DNA from: Eledone cirrhosa
Lineage: Eukaryota
Assembly: GCA_964016885.1 (NCBI GenBank)
Contig: OZ024742.1
Coordinates: 21,824,001 to 21,888,000 of the forward strand
Direction of reading: 5' to 3'
DNA: 64,000 nt
Positions 27,001-64,000 of the stretch are shown piece after piece. How positions within the stretch are numbered: the first letter of the stretch is position 1; each line of letters starts with the position of its first letter. The notes beneath the pieces were generated by a model. That model was not told the origin of the DNA and searched no databases. It saw nothing but the letters and a program-made list of their open reading frames with translations. The translations under genes and the position numbers were made by a program.

Positions 27001-29653
27001 CAGAGTCGTTAGAATGTCGGATAGAATGGTGGAGTCATTAGAAGGTCGGATAGAATGACGGAGTCGTTAGAATGTCGGATAGAATGGCAGAGTGGTTAGA
27101 ACGTCGGAGAGAATGCCGGAGTCGTTAGAATGTCGGATAGAATGGCAGAGTTGTTAGAACGTCGGATAGAATGGCCGAGTGGTTAGAACGTCGGAGAGAA
27201 TGGCAGAGTCGTTAGAACGTAGGATAGAATGGCAGAGTAGTTAGAAGGTCGTATAGAATGGCAGAGTCGTTAGAATGTCGGATAGAATGTTAGATTGGTT
27301 ATACCGTCGGATAGAATGGTAGATTCGTTAGAACGTTAGATAAAATGGCAGAGTCGTTGGAACGTTAGATAGAATAGCAGAGTCGTTAGAATGTCGGATA
27401 GAATGGCCGAGTGGTTAGAACGTCGGATAGAATGGCAGAGTCGTTAGAACGTCAGATAGTATGACAGTGTCCTTAGAACGTGAGATAGAATGGCAGAGTC
27501 GTTAGAACGTCAGATAGTATGACAGTGTCCTTAGAACGTGAGATAGAATAGCAGAGTCCTTAGAACGTCGGATAGAATGGCAGAGTCGTTAGAATGCCGG
27601 ATAGAATGGAAGAGTCGTTAGAATGCCGGACAGAATGGCGAGTTCGTTAGAACGTCGGATAGAATGGCCGAGTGGTTAGAACGTCAGATAGAATCGAAGA
27701 GTCGTTAGAACGTCGGATAGAATGGCAGAGTCGTTAGAACGTTAGATAGAATGACAGAGTCGTTAGACCGTAGGATCGAATGGAAGAGTCGTTAGAACGT
27801 CGGATAGAATGGCAGAGTCATTAGAAGGTCGGATAGAATGGCTGAGTCGTTAGAACGTCGGATAGAATGACAGAGTCGTTAGAACATCGGATAGAATGAC
27901 AGAGTCGTTAGAACGTTAGATAGAATGGCAGAGTCGTTAGAACGTCGGATAGAATAGCAGAGTATTAGAACGTCGGATAGAATGGCAGAGCCGTTAGCAC
28001 GTTAGATAGTATGGCAGAGTCGTTAGAATGCCGGATAGAATGGCCGACTCGTTAGAACGTCGGATATAATAGCCGAGTGGTTAGAACGTTAGATAGAATG
28101 GCTGAGTCGTTAGAACGTGTGATAGAATGGCCGAGTCGTTAGAACGTTAGATAGAATGGCCGAGTCGTTAGAACGTTACATAGAATGACCGAGTCGTTAG
28201 AACGTCGGATAGAATGGCAGAGTCGTTAGAACGTTAGATAGAATGGCAGAGTCGTGAGAACGTTAGATAGAATGGCAGAGTCGTTAAAATGTTAGATAGA
28301 ATGGCCGGGGGGTTAGAACGTCGGATAGAATGGCAGAGTCGTTAGAACGTTAGATAGAATGGCAGAGTCATTAGAAGGTCGGTTAGAATGGCAGAGTCGT
28401 TAGAACGTTGGATAGAATGGCAGAGTCGTTAGAACGTCGTATAGAATGGCAGAGTCGTTAGAACGTCGGATAGAATGGCAGAGTCGTTATAACTTTAGAT
28501 AGGATGGCAGAGTCGTTAGAATGTCGGATAGAATGGCAAAGTCGTTAGAACGTAGGATAGAATGGCAGAGTAGTTAGAAGGTCGGATAGAATGACAGAGT
28601 CGTTAGAATGACGGATAGAATGGCAGAGTGGCTAGAACGTCGGATAGAATGGCAGAGTCGTTAGACCGTCGGATAGAATGGTAGAGTGGTTAGACCGTCG
28701 GATAGAATGGTAGATTCGTTAGAACGTTAGATAGAATGGCAGAGTAGTTAGAATGTCGGAGAGAATGGCCGAGTGGTTAGAACGTAGGATAGAATGGCAG
28801 AGTAGTTAGAAGGTCGGATAGAATGACAGAGTCGTTAGAATGTCGGATAGAATGGCAGAGTGGTTAGAACGTCGGATAGAATGGCAGAGTCGTTAGAACG
28901 TCGGACAGAATGGCAGAGTCCTTATAACTTTAGATAGAATGACAGAGTCGTTAGAATGTCGGATAGAATGGCAGAGTGGTTAGAACGTCGGAGAGAATGC
29001 CAGAGTCGTTAGAATGTCGGATAGAATGGCAAAGTCGTTAGAACGTCGGATAGAATGGTAGAGTCATTAGAAGGTCGGTTAGAATGGCAGAGTCGTTAGA
29101 ACGTAGGATAGAATGGCAGAGTCGTTAGAACGTAGGATAGAATGGCAGAGTAGTTAGAAGGTCGGATAGAATGACAGAGTCGTTAGAATGTCGGATAGAA
29201 TGGCAGAGTGGTTAGAACGTCGGATAGAATGGCAGAGTCGTTAGACCGTCGGATAGAATGGTAGAGTGGTTAGACCGTCGGATAGAATGGTAGATTCGTT
29301 AGAACGTTAGATAGAATGGCAGAGTAGTTTGAATGTCGGAGAGAATGGCCGAGTGGTTAGAACGTCGGATAGAATGGCAGAGTCGTTAGAATGTCGGATA
29401 GAATGGCAGAGTAGTTAGAATGTCGGATAGAATGGCAGAGTCGTTAGAACGCTAGATAGAATGGCTGATTCGTCAGAAGGTTAAATAGAATGGCCGAGTC
29501 GTTAGAACGTCGGATAGAATGGCAGAGTTGTTAGAACATCGGATAGAATGGCAGAGTCTTTAGAACGTTAGATAGAATGGCTGAATCGTCAGAAGGTTAG
29601 ATAGAATGGCCGAGTCGTTAGAACGTTAGATAGAATGGCCGAGTCGTTAGAAC
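1..29653 (+). repeat. 29-bp satellite array (~1,020 monomers, consensus GAATGGCAGAGTCGTTAGAACGTCGGATA) with higher-order structure; continues beyond the left edge
   Basis: Uninterrupted head-to-tail 29-mers with point variants; abrupt end at ...GAGTCGTTAGAAC (29653); the ORF track has no entry in this span. Confidence 0.99.
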
Positions 29654-30009
29654 AGTCGCATACGTAATTCTTAAGTGGAATGATCAAACAATTACAGATT
29701 AATTTTATTTGATCTGTGGGAAGAATGTCGATGATCATGGAATGAGTCTAAATTTGCCAACAAAGACCTCGTCCAGGACCCCGTATCTAAACCAGCTGGT
29801 TTTGACCTTTGACCGGATCTGCGCAACATATGCCAGGACAACCAATCATCATCATCGATGGAACATGAAAGACAGCCCAGATGTGGGGACCCAGACTAGA
29901 CAGTTTGTTTGTTGTTGTTATTACAGCTCACACCTATGCAGCTTTAGCTGGCCTCTTCCAAGGTATATCTCGTTGGAGGTGTCCTGGATGATTTAATGAT
30001 AGGGACCCC

Positions 30010-30163
30010 AGTCCTATCATCTCATTTCTACAGCTGAGTAAACTGGAGTAACATGAAATAAAGTGTCTTGCTCAAGGAAACAACACATCACCCGGTCCGA
30101 GAATTGAACTCACAGCCTTTCGATTGCAGACCCAATGATCTAACCACTAAGCCATGCGCCTTC
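30010..30163 (-). mobile_element. tRNA-derived SINE with CORE-like central domain
   Basis: Minus strand: A box TGGCTTAGTGG (30154-30144), B box GAGTTCAATTC (30111-30101), then TCCTTGAGCAAGACACTT, resembling the CORE-SINE domain. 3' boundary uncertain. Confidence 0.75.
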
Positions 30164-31164
30164 ATTATGCGCCAGACAGTACTACTTGTTGTTCGGGATT
30201 GCGCCCACACCCGGACGTTTTCTCAGTGGCCTGGAAGAATTCCATAATGCTGCAAATGACGGCTTGGTCTGGCTCACCTTTCTTGGCCGGCTTTTCCAAT
30301 TATTGTCTATATACCATACGCCAAGAAGATTAGCAGGCTATAACGTTCATCTAGTTACTGGAACACTTTACCTTATTTCATTAACTTGTTAATCACATTT
30401 AAATATTAAAGTTTAAATTAAATTATGTCTAGCTTCTGTGTTGCATCTGTAAAGATCAACTTAAATGTTTCCTCTTTTCTTTAACTTTTATAGAAGAATC
30501 ATTGCGTTATTCGTTTCCTTTAAATTTCGTAGAATATATTCGTATTGAACCAGCAAAAGATAAATAATACTGATTTACGTTTGGGGACGTTTTCATCTGG
30601 AAACAAAATCACTTATAATTTTATTACTTGATCTTTGAAGAAGAAATAGGTGAAACAGTAACACGGCTATTTCGAAATTTTATAATGAATTTATGTTTTA
30701 ATCTAAACTAGAATCAATGTTTAGTATTTTACCATATACATTAGATAGCTTTATAGTAGTTTAGTATCTTTGATGTTTAACAACTTCTGTGAATTAAATA
30801 TTCTCTTAACCGATACTTAGTTTGTATTAGATACTAACCAGGTATCATTTAAATTAATAACAGTAAATAGTTACGTTCGATCAGATAACCGCTTCACGGG
30901 GCTTATATAAACCAGATTATGAAGTCAGAGGACAGCTTGTAATTGTGCAAAATACTATGATACGACTGAATTAGTAATGACTGTAGATGTTGAAGATAAT
31001 TACAATTTACTCTTTTTGTTGTTCGTACGATGTAATCTTTCTCGACACTTTTGTTGCTCTCGTAATTCTCTTTACAAATCTTTACTGGTGTTAACTACTC
31101 CAAATCATAAAGCAGACCTCAAACACATCTGAAAGCCTAAAAGACTAGGACAGTGGCATTATAT

Positions 31165-31290
31165 AACAAGGGTCAACTGAAACGCTCATAGGCTAACTAT
31201 GAAGGAGAAATGTTAGAGCTGTGAAATCTTGCATGCATTAATTTTAACTCTTCCTATTAATAACTGCACTGTTTCCTTCGAGGAACTATG
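31165..31290 (-). mobile_element. Fragment of the mariner-type MITE seen at 39867-40318
   Basis: Reverse-complement similarity to ~40200-40318, covering the TIR and the AATCTTGCATGCATTAATTTTAACTCTTC unit. Confidence 0.6.
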
Positions 31291-31504
31291 GTGAAAAATA
31301 AAACACAAAAGATGGGTATATCGACAGTATTTGTTGGAAGTTGAAATATTTACTCGCTCTGGATAGAAAGTTAGTTCTACTAGCAGATGAACCACCCTCG
31401 TGCGATCTTTTGCTAGCATATATAGTGTACCTATTAGTATTATACGCAAATATGTATGCATGTAGATATGATATGTAAATTGAAAAGTCAATTGACAATA
31501 ACCG

Positions 31505-32165
31505 CTTCTTCATCCTCTTATTTCTGAGAAGGACGTGGGGACAGAGTCCTCCTCAAACATTCCTTCCAGTGAGTATGTCAGAAACAAACATTACTAACTG
31601 ATCCAGCTGGATCCCAAAGCCTGACCAGCCAAAGTCACGGATGTAATCCAAATATCTTGCTCAGAGTCTACCTCTGGGTCTCCTGTCTGTTGGTTTTGTC
31701 TGTAAAATCTGTCCAGTGATTCCTTCCTGAGACATTCTAACCACATGCCCATAGTATCGGGGCTGTAATATCTCAATCCGGAGAAGAAGCGGCTCTACCA
31801 GGAGTGATTCTCTGATCTCCGAGCTACGCACTTTATCTACTAAAGTTACTCCAAAGACCCTTCGGAGGAACCCCGTTTCGGCCGATTGCTTTTGCAATCG
31901 TATTCTTTCGGTCATTACCCAAGATTCATGACTTTAGGAAAGGGTTGGCAAAAATACCAGGAAGCCAATGAATTTGGCTTTTACTCCTACCTCCCTTCTG
32001 ATTACTGAACGCTAAAGCTGACGCATTACTGCATCAGCTTTTGCAATTATTGCACTTAGTTCAGCCTCTTGTCTTCTGTCTCTCGTGAATACATCCCCGA
32101 GATACTTGAACGTCTCTACCTGCTTCCGTGGAACTCCATTCACATCTATATAAATTTGAGCGACT
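31505..32165 (-). mobile_element. Decayed 3' fragment of an RTE-clade LINE (RT thumb and C-terminus)
   Basis: Minus-strand translation VETFKYLG ... ESWVMTERIR ... ETGFLRRVFGVTLVDKVRSSEIRE ... YYGHVVRM ... RRPRGR, with in-frame stops; GAAGAAG-type tail. Confidence 0.85.
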
Positions 32166-32182
32166 TCTGTCCATCAGTCCGT

Positions 32183-32577
32183 CACACAATGTGTGTGTGT
32201 GCTTTGTGAATGTATGTGTGTGTAAATATATATGTCTCTAACTTAAAAACGATGACACACATATACAATGTGTGTGTGTGCTTGTGTGAATGTATGTGTG
32301 CGTAAATATATATGTCTCTAACTTAAAAACGATGACACACATATACATATATATATATATGACACACACACACACACACGCACATGTATACATATATATA
32401 TATATATGACACACACACACACACATGTATATATATATGTATATGACACACACACGCACACACGCACACACACACACATACACATGTATATATATATGTA
32501 TATGACACGCACACACACGCGTGCGCGTCTCTAATTTAAGACTGCCGACAAACTCACGCGCGCGCACATACACACAC
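32183..32577. repeat. Compound CA/TA/TG microsatellite with a ~80-bp tandem duplication
   Basis: Block ...GTAAATATATATGTCTCTAACTTAAAAACGATGACACACATATAC occurs twice (32183-32345), followed by (TA)n GA (CA)n units. Confidence 0.9.
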
Positions 32578-32579
32578 TG

Positions 32580-32830
32580 TCCTATTACAACTTAAGAGCT
32601 TTGGCCCGGGACGCCATAGCTAGAGACTCTTTTGCATCTCCTTTGATCCTAGATGAAGCGCTAAAAGCGAGAGCTACTGCATCCGCAGCCGAACGGAATA
32701 CAGTCCTAAGATACCGTTATCTGTCGGCTAACTACATTTTCCAGGCAGTCGTGTTCGAAACGTTTGGAGGAGTCGGGCTACTGACTGCGAGGTTCTTATC
32801 TTCACTCGCGGCTATTGTTATCTTTTGCTC
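32580..32830 (+). mobile_element. Fragment of the restriction-like endonuclease domain of a CRE-like non-LTR retrotransposon
   Basis: ORF 32601-32840 LARDAIARDSFA...ASAAERNTVLRYRYLSANYIFQAVVFETFGGVG resembles the LAWDAT..D.FA...AE..K..KY.....Y.F.P...ET.G motif (recognised from memory). Confidence 0.6.
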
Positions 32831-33115
32831 TGCTAGCTAATTGGTTGTCCACCCCTTTCGCCTGCCTTTTGTTGTATGTGGTCCTAGATGTATGTGCTAC
32901 CTGATTGTGTGATTTTTTCTCTTATTTCCTTTCCCTTTCCTTTGTATATAATATATTAGTTCGAGTTTTCGTTTTGAAACCATTTCATTATATTTTTTAT
33001 ACATATAAATGTACCTATATGCACATACACACACGCACACACATACACATATGCGTCAGGGCGTTGAAAAATCCTAATCTCTTCATCTTTTTCTTTCTCT
33101 CACTCTTTCTATTTA

Positions 33116-33179
<64 letters not shown>

Positions 33180-35539
33180 ATCAAGCGTTACTAAATTTCG
33201 TAGATAAATTATATAATATTTATTCATTATTTATTCAAAGTAATCCAACTTGTCTTACTAACGGTATAAATATATATATAACTGACACTGTCTCACACTC
33301 TTCCCTTTATTATATTATAGATATAAACATTGTTGGTGATAGTGTGGATTGGCATTTGGAGCAATCGTGATGACACTAGATGCATGTGATGATGTTTTCT
33401 TGAAACATCAGCGACGTTACTGTCACATGAAAGATTTCCATATTTTATGAAATGAATAATATAAAACCATAAATTAATGGTTTAACAATTCATCCAAATG
33501 CATTGGGATAATTATCATCTCAATTCTTGTTAGATTATAGGATTTCTTTTTATATGTTTATTATTCCGGTCTTCATGCATAACTCTTTAAAATTAATTAG
33601 AAATTAGCAAACATATTTCAAGTATTAATTAATATAAACAAGGACATTTATACACACGCTAGTTAGTTAAGAAAAACAGTTCTAAACGTCTACCATAGTT
33701 TCCTTACGCCATCTATTAACTTTCCATTGTAATTGCAGACAATTTAATGAACATATTAATTTCCTAATTGCTAATTAATTTGTAAATTACATAGCATGTC
33801 TTTCGGTTATGGCGTTAATCATTTATAACTGTTCTTCTAGGACTCTTATGGGTTTTTTTTTTTATATTTGGTTACTATTTTATATTTCAATTATAATTCT
33901 TGCACGCTTACACACGTTAGTTGATAACATTTGTACAATTGTTGTTTCTAATTTTTCCGTTTCACTTCCATCAAATATGACTGAAATTATTAAATTACCA
34001 ATATATAATTGATAGTTTATTTTGTTTTCAGGTTTTAGGGTGAATAAATATCCATCAATTTTGGCAATTAATAGTCAAATAATTATGTAGAAAATATTCA
34101 ATAATAAAAAGCGCTGTATGGATATTAATATTTAGTGCTTGATTTCACTCGTAAACTATCATTGCAATTAATTCTGTCAAACTAATAACACATAGTTATT
34201 GCTAACAAATTTAATTTCTGATATAAATTATTCAACTATACATCCGATGTTGTAACTTATTGTAATTCTTTGCTTTAAAACAATAACTGTAGATTTACAA
34301 AATATTGATTATTATTAAAATTGAAAGCTTTCACCGTATATTGGCTACAGAAAATATTAGGGAATGTGCATCCTCTATAACGGAAACAAATGGAAATTAG
34401 CATACTTGGGATCCGAACAGACATCTCCTATTTTCAGAATAACTGAACTAGACCGATTGCGCCAACATCCTCACACTATTTTCTCTGTTAAATTTAGATG
34501 CTATAAATTATTAGCGGTAATTATGTAAGAATTAGAATACGGTAACAATTGAACCTTTAAAAATAGAATTAGAAGCTTCGCCGTATTTTGAGTACAATAA
34601 ATAATTTAATATTAGGGCATATGAAACCATACTTCTTATTTTCGCTAATGCCCATACATTTTTCCCGACATTTGGGGTTCATATGATTTAGTATTAGACT
34701 ATGTTCTGTAGTCAATATACGGTAAATGCTTCTAATAACGCTTCTAAAATGTTTAATCGCCACTATATTCTAATTCAAACGTGCTTACGGATTATGGTGT
34801 AAAATGCAGGATATAAAATATATCATTTGATGATCGATGGGCTGTTACCGTGATGAAACATTAAGCTCTATATTCGAATGAAATCTGTTTTGATCGAGTT
34901 TTTTTTTAACATTCCAGAACTGTATAATTGATCGTTATTATGCTGGTCTCTTATACTGAGTTTAACATCTATTTGTGTGGAAAGATCTTGCTGCAGTGGT
35001 TTAACGTCCATAGCCATTCATTATTTATCTACTTGATTGTACAGAAGATAGAGCAAACCACCCGTCCTTTCGAATGTTGGAATAATTTTATTTGAACCCA
35101 TCAAAACAAAGAAAGTAAACTTCAAATAAACATACAATATCTCAGAAAATAAGCAATGTGCCTGTATTGTTTATGTCTGTTTTTATCATTGGGCTGTATG
35201 TGCTTTCCTGAGAGCTGACAGTGTCACCCATTGTAAGACATGTCGTAGTGGATTACCACAGTTTCACGCTAAGTTGTTTATTCGCCCGATGAGCGCCCAC
35301 TTGTATCGCAGGCAACCATCGACTCCCGTACTCGTATCGCTATCCTCCACCAGAGAAGAATATCTCTACAGAGAAAGAACAGCTCTAAGGAAAGTAAAGC
35401 TGTTTTCTAGCACAAAGATATCCATAGGTATTTTTGTTAGGGGAATCGGGAACAGAGATCAGTAATTGGTATTTTTATTGTTCCTGATTCGATTCTGTTC
35501 TAGATGTTTGTGTTAAGAGACGGACTGCGCTGTCAAATG

Positions 35540-35970
35540 ATCAATATTATCTACTTATATGGAGCCTGATTTTACCCTAAATCATGAAACCCTACCAAAC
35601 TGGCAAGTCTAGTTCAACCTACAGGATAAAGTGTGAAATGCTGTCTGATGAGACGATCATGACCAGGTATGCGGATACTGCTGAATCCAAATTCGGAGAA
35701 CTCCCTGAATAAGATGAGGAAATTAAAACGGAGTGGAGATTCTTCAGTTCGACAGTTTCTGTTTCAGCTGTTAAATGCTATGGGCGAAAGTGGCTTGATG
35801 TGGCGCCAGGTTGAAGGAGAACACCTTAGTTCAATCAAGAGTTTATAGACGTCATCAAAACAGGAAGCAGACTTACAAATTTGGCTTAGAAATAAGTCTT
35901 CCTTCTTGCGCTCACACTACAAGTTGGCACGAAAATTCGCAACAGATAGATTAAATGGAGGGTATGAATA
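35540..35970 (-). mobile_element. Possible highly decayed LINE APE-endonuclease remnant
   Basis: Broken minus-strand frames give FNLSVANFR..RKKEDL, GF(A)V and SDSISHF in the order expected for RTE-type APE motifs; weak. Confidence 0.3.
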
Positions 35971-36538
35971 CAAATCAGTGCTGTGAAGGCTGAGACATCC
36001 GTCAACTCGAGTAAGCCTTGAATTCTGTGTTCGTATCTACCCTTACCCAGTTATATATCTTGGGTAATGACTGTAGTAGTCATTCACACTGTCACAGTAA
36101 TTGTAACATGATGGTATTTAATAGCATCAGATAGGAAGACTTCACAGTATTTTCCTAAATATTTATATATCATAGAGCATTCAATTAAATAACTAAGACT
36201 CACCCGTATGTCTGTAAGCTATCGACATTAACTCCATAAACCGTATGACTGAAACTCGTATATAATGTAAATTCAGTAAGTAAATTGTTCTGGAAAAAGT
36301 GCACATGTATTAGTTTTCATGTCAATGTGAGAAAATCCCAAGATTATAGATAAAAACCACACATGATGTAAAGTCTTCTTTGTCTAATCACCAACCTGAT
36401 ATTTATAAATGAAACAAAATCAATGGTTTTCTCTTTTCCATTTTATCTTCTATTATCAATCCTATTGACTTTAATTAGTGCTTATTGAAATTCTGATTGC
36501 AAAGTCGCGAACTCGCTAACGTAAGCATATTTTCTACG

Positions 36539-36545
36539 TATAAAA
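36539..36545 (+). promoter_or_regulatory. Candidate TATA box of the serine protease gene
   Basis: TATAAAA 57 nt upstream of the ATG at 36596, consistent with a short 5' UTR. Confidence 0.6.
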
Positions 36546-36595
36546 TAGCAGAGTGTTGTATACTGCTAGATTCACGACAGAATTCTTTGTGAAAC

Positions 36596-63053
<26,458 letters not shown>

Positions 63054-63247
63054 AATAAACCAAAAACAAACATAACAACAATACGTATTGCTTCAAATAA
63101 TGATTGTTTCTCGGGGCATCTTGTGACCGGAATATCTGAATATCTAAGTCTATGTAATAACTTTTACTGGTTAAAATAGTTAATTACAGACGAAAATGTG
63201 TTGTTTTCACTTATTCCTTATTGCTTTCCATAAACGGTTAGTTCGCT

Positions 63248-63261
63248 AATAAAAGAATAAA
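63248..63261 (+). promoter_or_regulatory. Candidate polyadenylation signals of the protease gene
   Basis: Tandem AATAAA ~200 nt after the stop; further AATAAA motifs overlap the stop codon. Confidence 0.5.
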
Positions 63262-64000
63262 AGATTATATCTTTGTTATGTTACAGAATACATCTATTAT
63301 CAGGTATATAAGTGAAGCCAGTTAGACTTCCTTAATACTGAATATATCTCTTTATATCAAGTTATAGATAACATTCTTTTTCTAATAGAGTTAATAACGT
63401 GTATATATATATATATGTGTATGTAAGTATGTATGTAAGTATGTATCTATGTATGTATCTGTGTGTGTATGCATGTATGTATGTAGGTATGTATGTATGT
63501 ATGTTCTTCTCGTTTTATAATTTCACACATTTTTGCCAATAGTGAAAGAGTCGGTTTCTAACATAGATACAAGACTCTCTCATGGGAAGTTACACAACAT
63601 CAACTAGGTAGATATGTAGGCATGTCTGCATGCATGCATGTGTGTGCAGGTATGGATGTTATTGTATGTGTCGATGTGGATGTTTTGAGTTGTATGTGTG
63701 CATGCACATACACTTTGTACCTGTGCAGTTATTAGATGCAGATTTTTTGGAATGTTTTACATATTTTTACTGTTCCATTAATGGATTGTACTTGTAATTT
63801 CCTAACTAGTTGTGTTCTTTCTGTTCCTGTGAAGCCCAGCTTCTCAAGATTTGTATTGGGGCAGTAACTAACATTGCCCAGTAACTAACATTGGCAGTAA
63901 CTCCCAGTGCCCCAATAATCGCAGGCATAAATCTGAAGGTGTAATCAGGGTGGAGTATCTGCAGATTCCTCATTAGTTCTGCATAGATATTCTCCTTTTC

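Noticed and set aside
1-29653. CRISPR array (29-bp repeats)
   Set aside because: Repeats are contiguous with no unique spacers, there are no cas genes, and the context is eukaryotic.
1-29653. tRNA gene cluster or repetitive protein-coding region
   Set aside because: Only the A-box/D-arm-like part is present, with no B box or cloverleaf. Stops in each 29-mer close all six frames.
1-29653. Five monomers = 145 bp as nucleosome phasing; heat-shock elements from GAA repeats
   Set aside because: No 5-mer periodicity was seen among the variants, and GAA spacing (13/16 nt, same strand) does not fit nGAAnnTTCn.
35645-35680. CTGATGA as a hammerhead core
   Set aside because: No suitably placed helix II and GAAA.
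63860-63905. Short CAGTAACTAACATTG repeat (2-3 copies)
   Set aside because: Local slippage with no further structure.

Overview
Eukaryotic, AT-rich, microsatellite-rich DNA. The SINE, Penelope and (TA)n landscape points to an octopod cephalopod (inference, not provable here). Bases 1-29653 are one satellite array of about 1,020 copies of a 29-bp monomer, running off the left edge. It has a near-identical 3,419-bp higher-order repeat, older duplications and a divergent right edge. The monomer matches the Pol III A-box head of a tRNA-derived SINE found elsewhere in the window. The rest holds one 6-exon, + strand gene (36596-63053) for a secreted S1A serine protease of 348 aa, with an intact His/Asp/Ser triad, Glu at position 189 and an acidic C-terminal tail. 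Its introns carry SINEs, two head-to-tail Helitrons, a mariner-type MITE and many Penelope-like element (PLE) pieces; RTE and CRE LINE fragments lie upstream. The PLE pieces contribute about a dozen hammerhead ribozyme motifs: intact ones, a family-wide core variant, and three palindromes built from a half-hammerhead plus its mirror image. All alignments and folds were done by eye and repeat boundaries are approximate.
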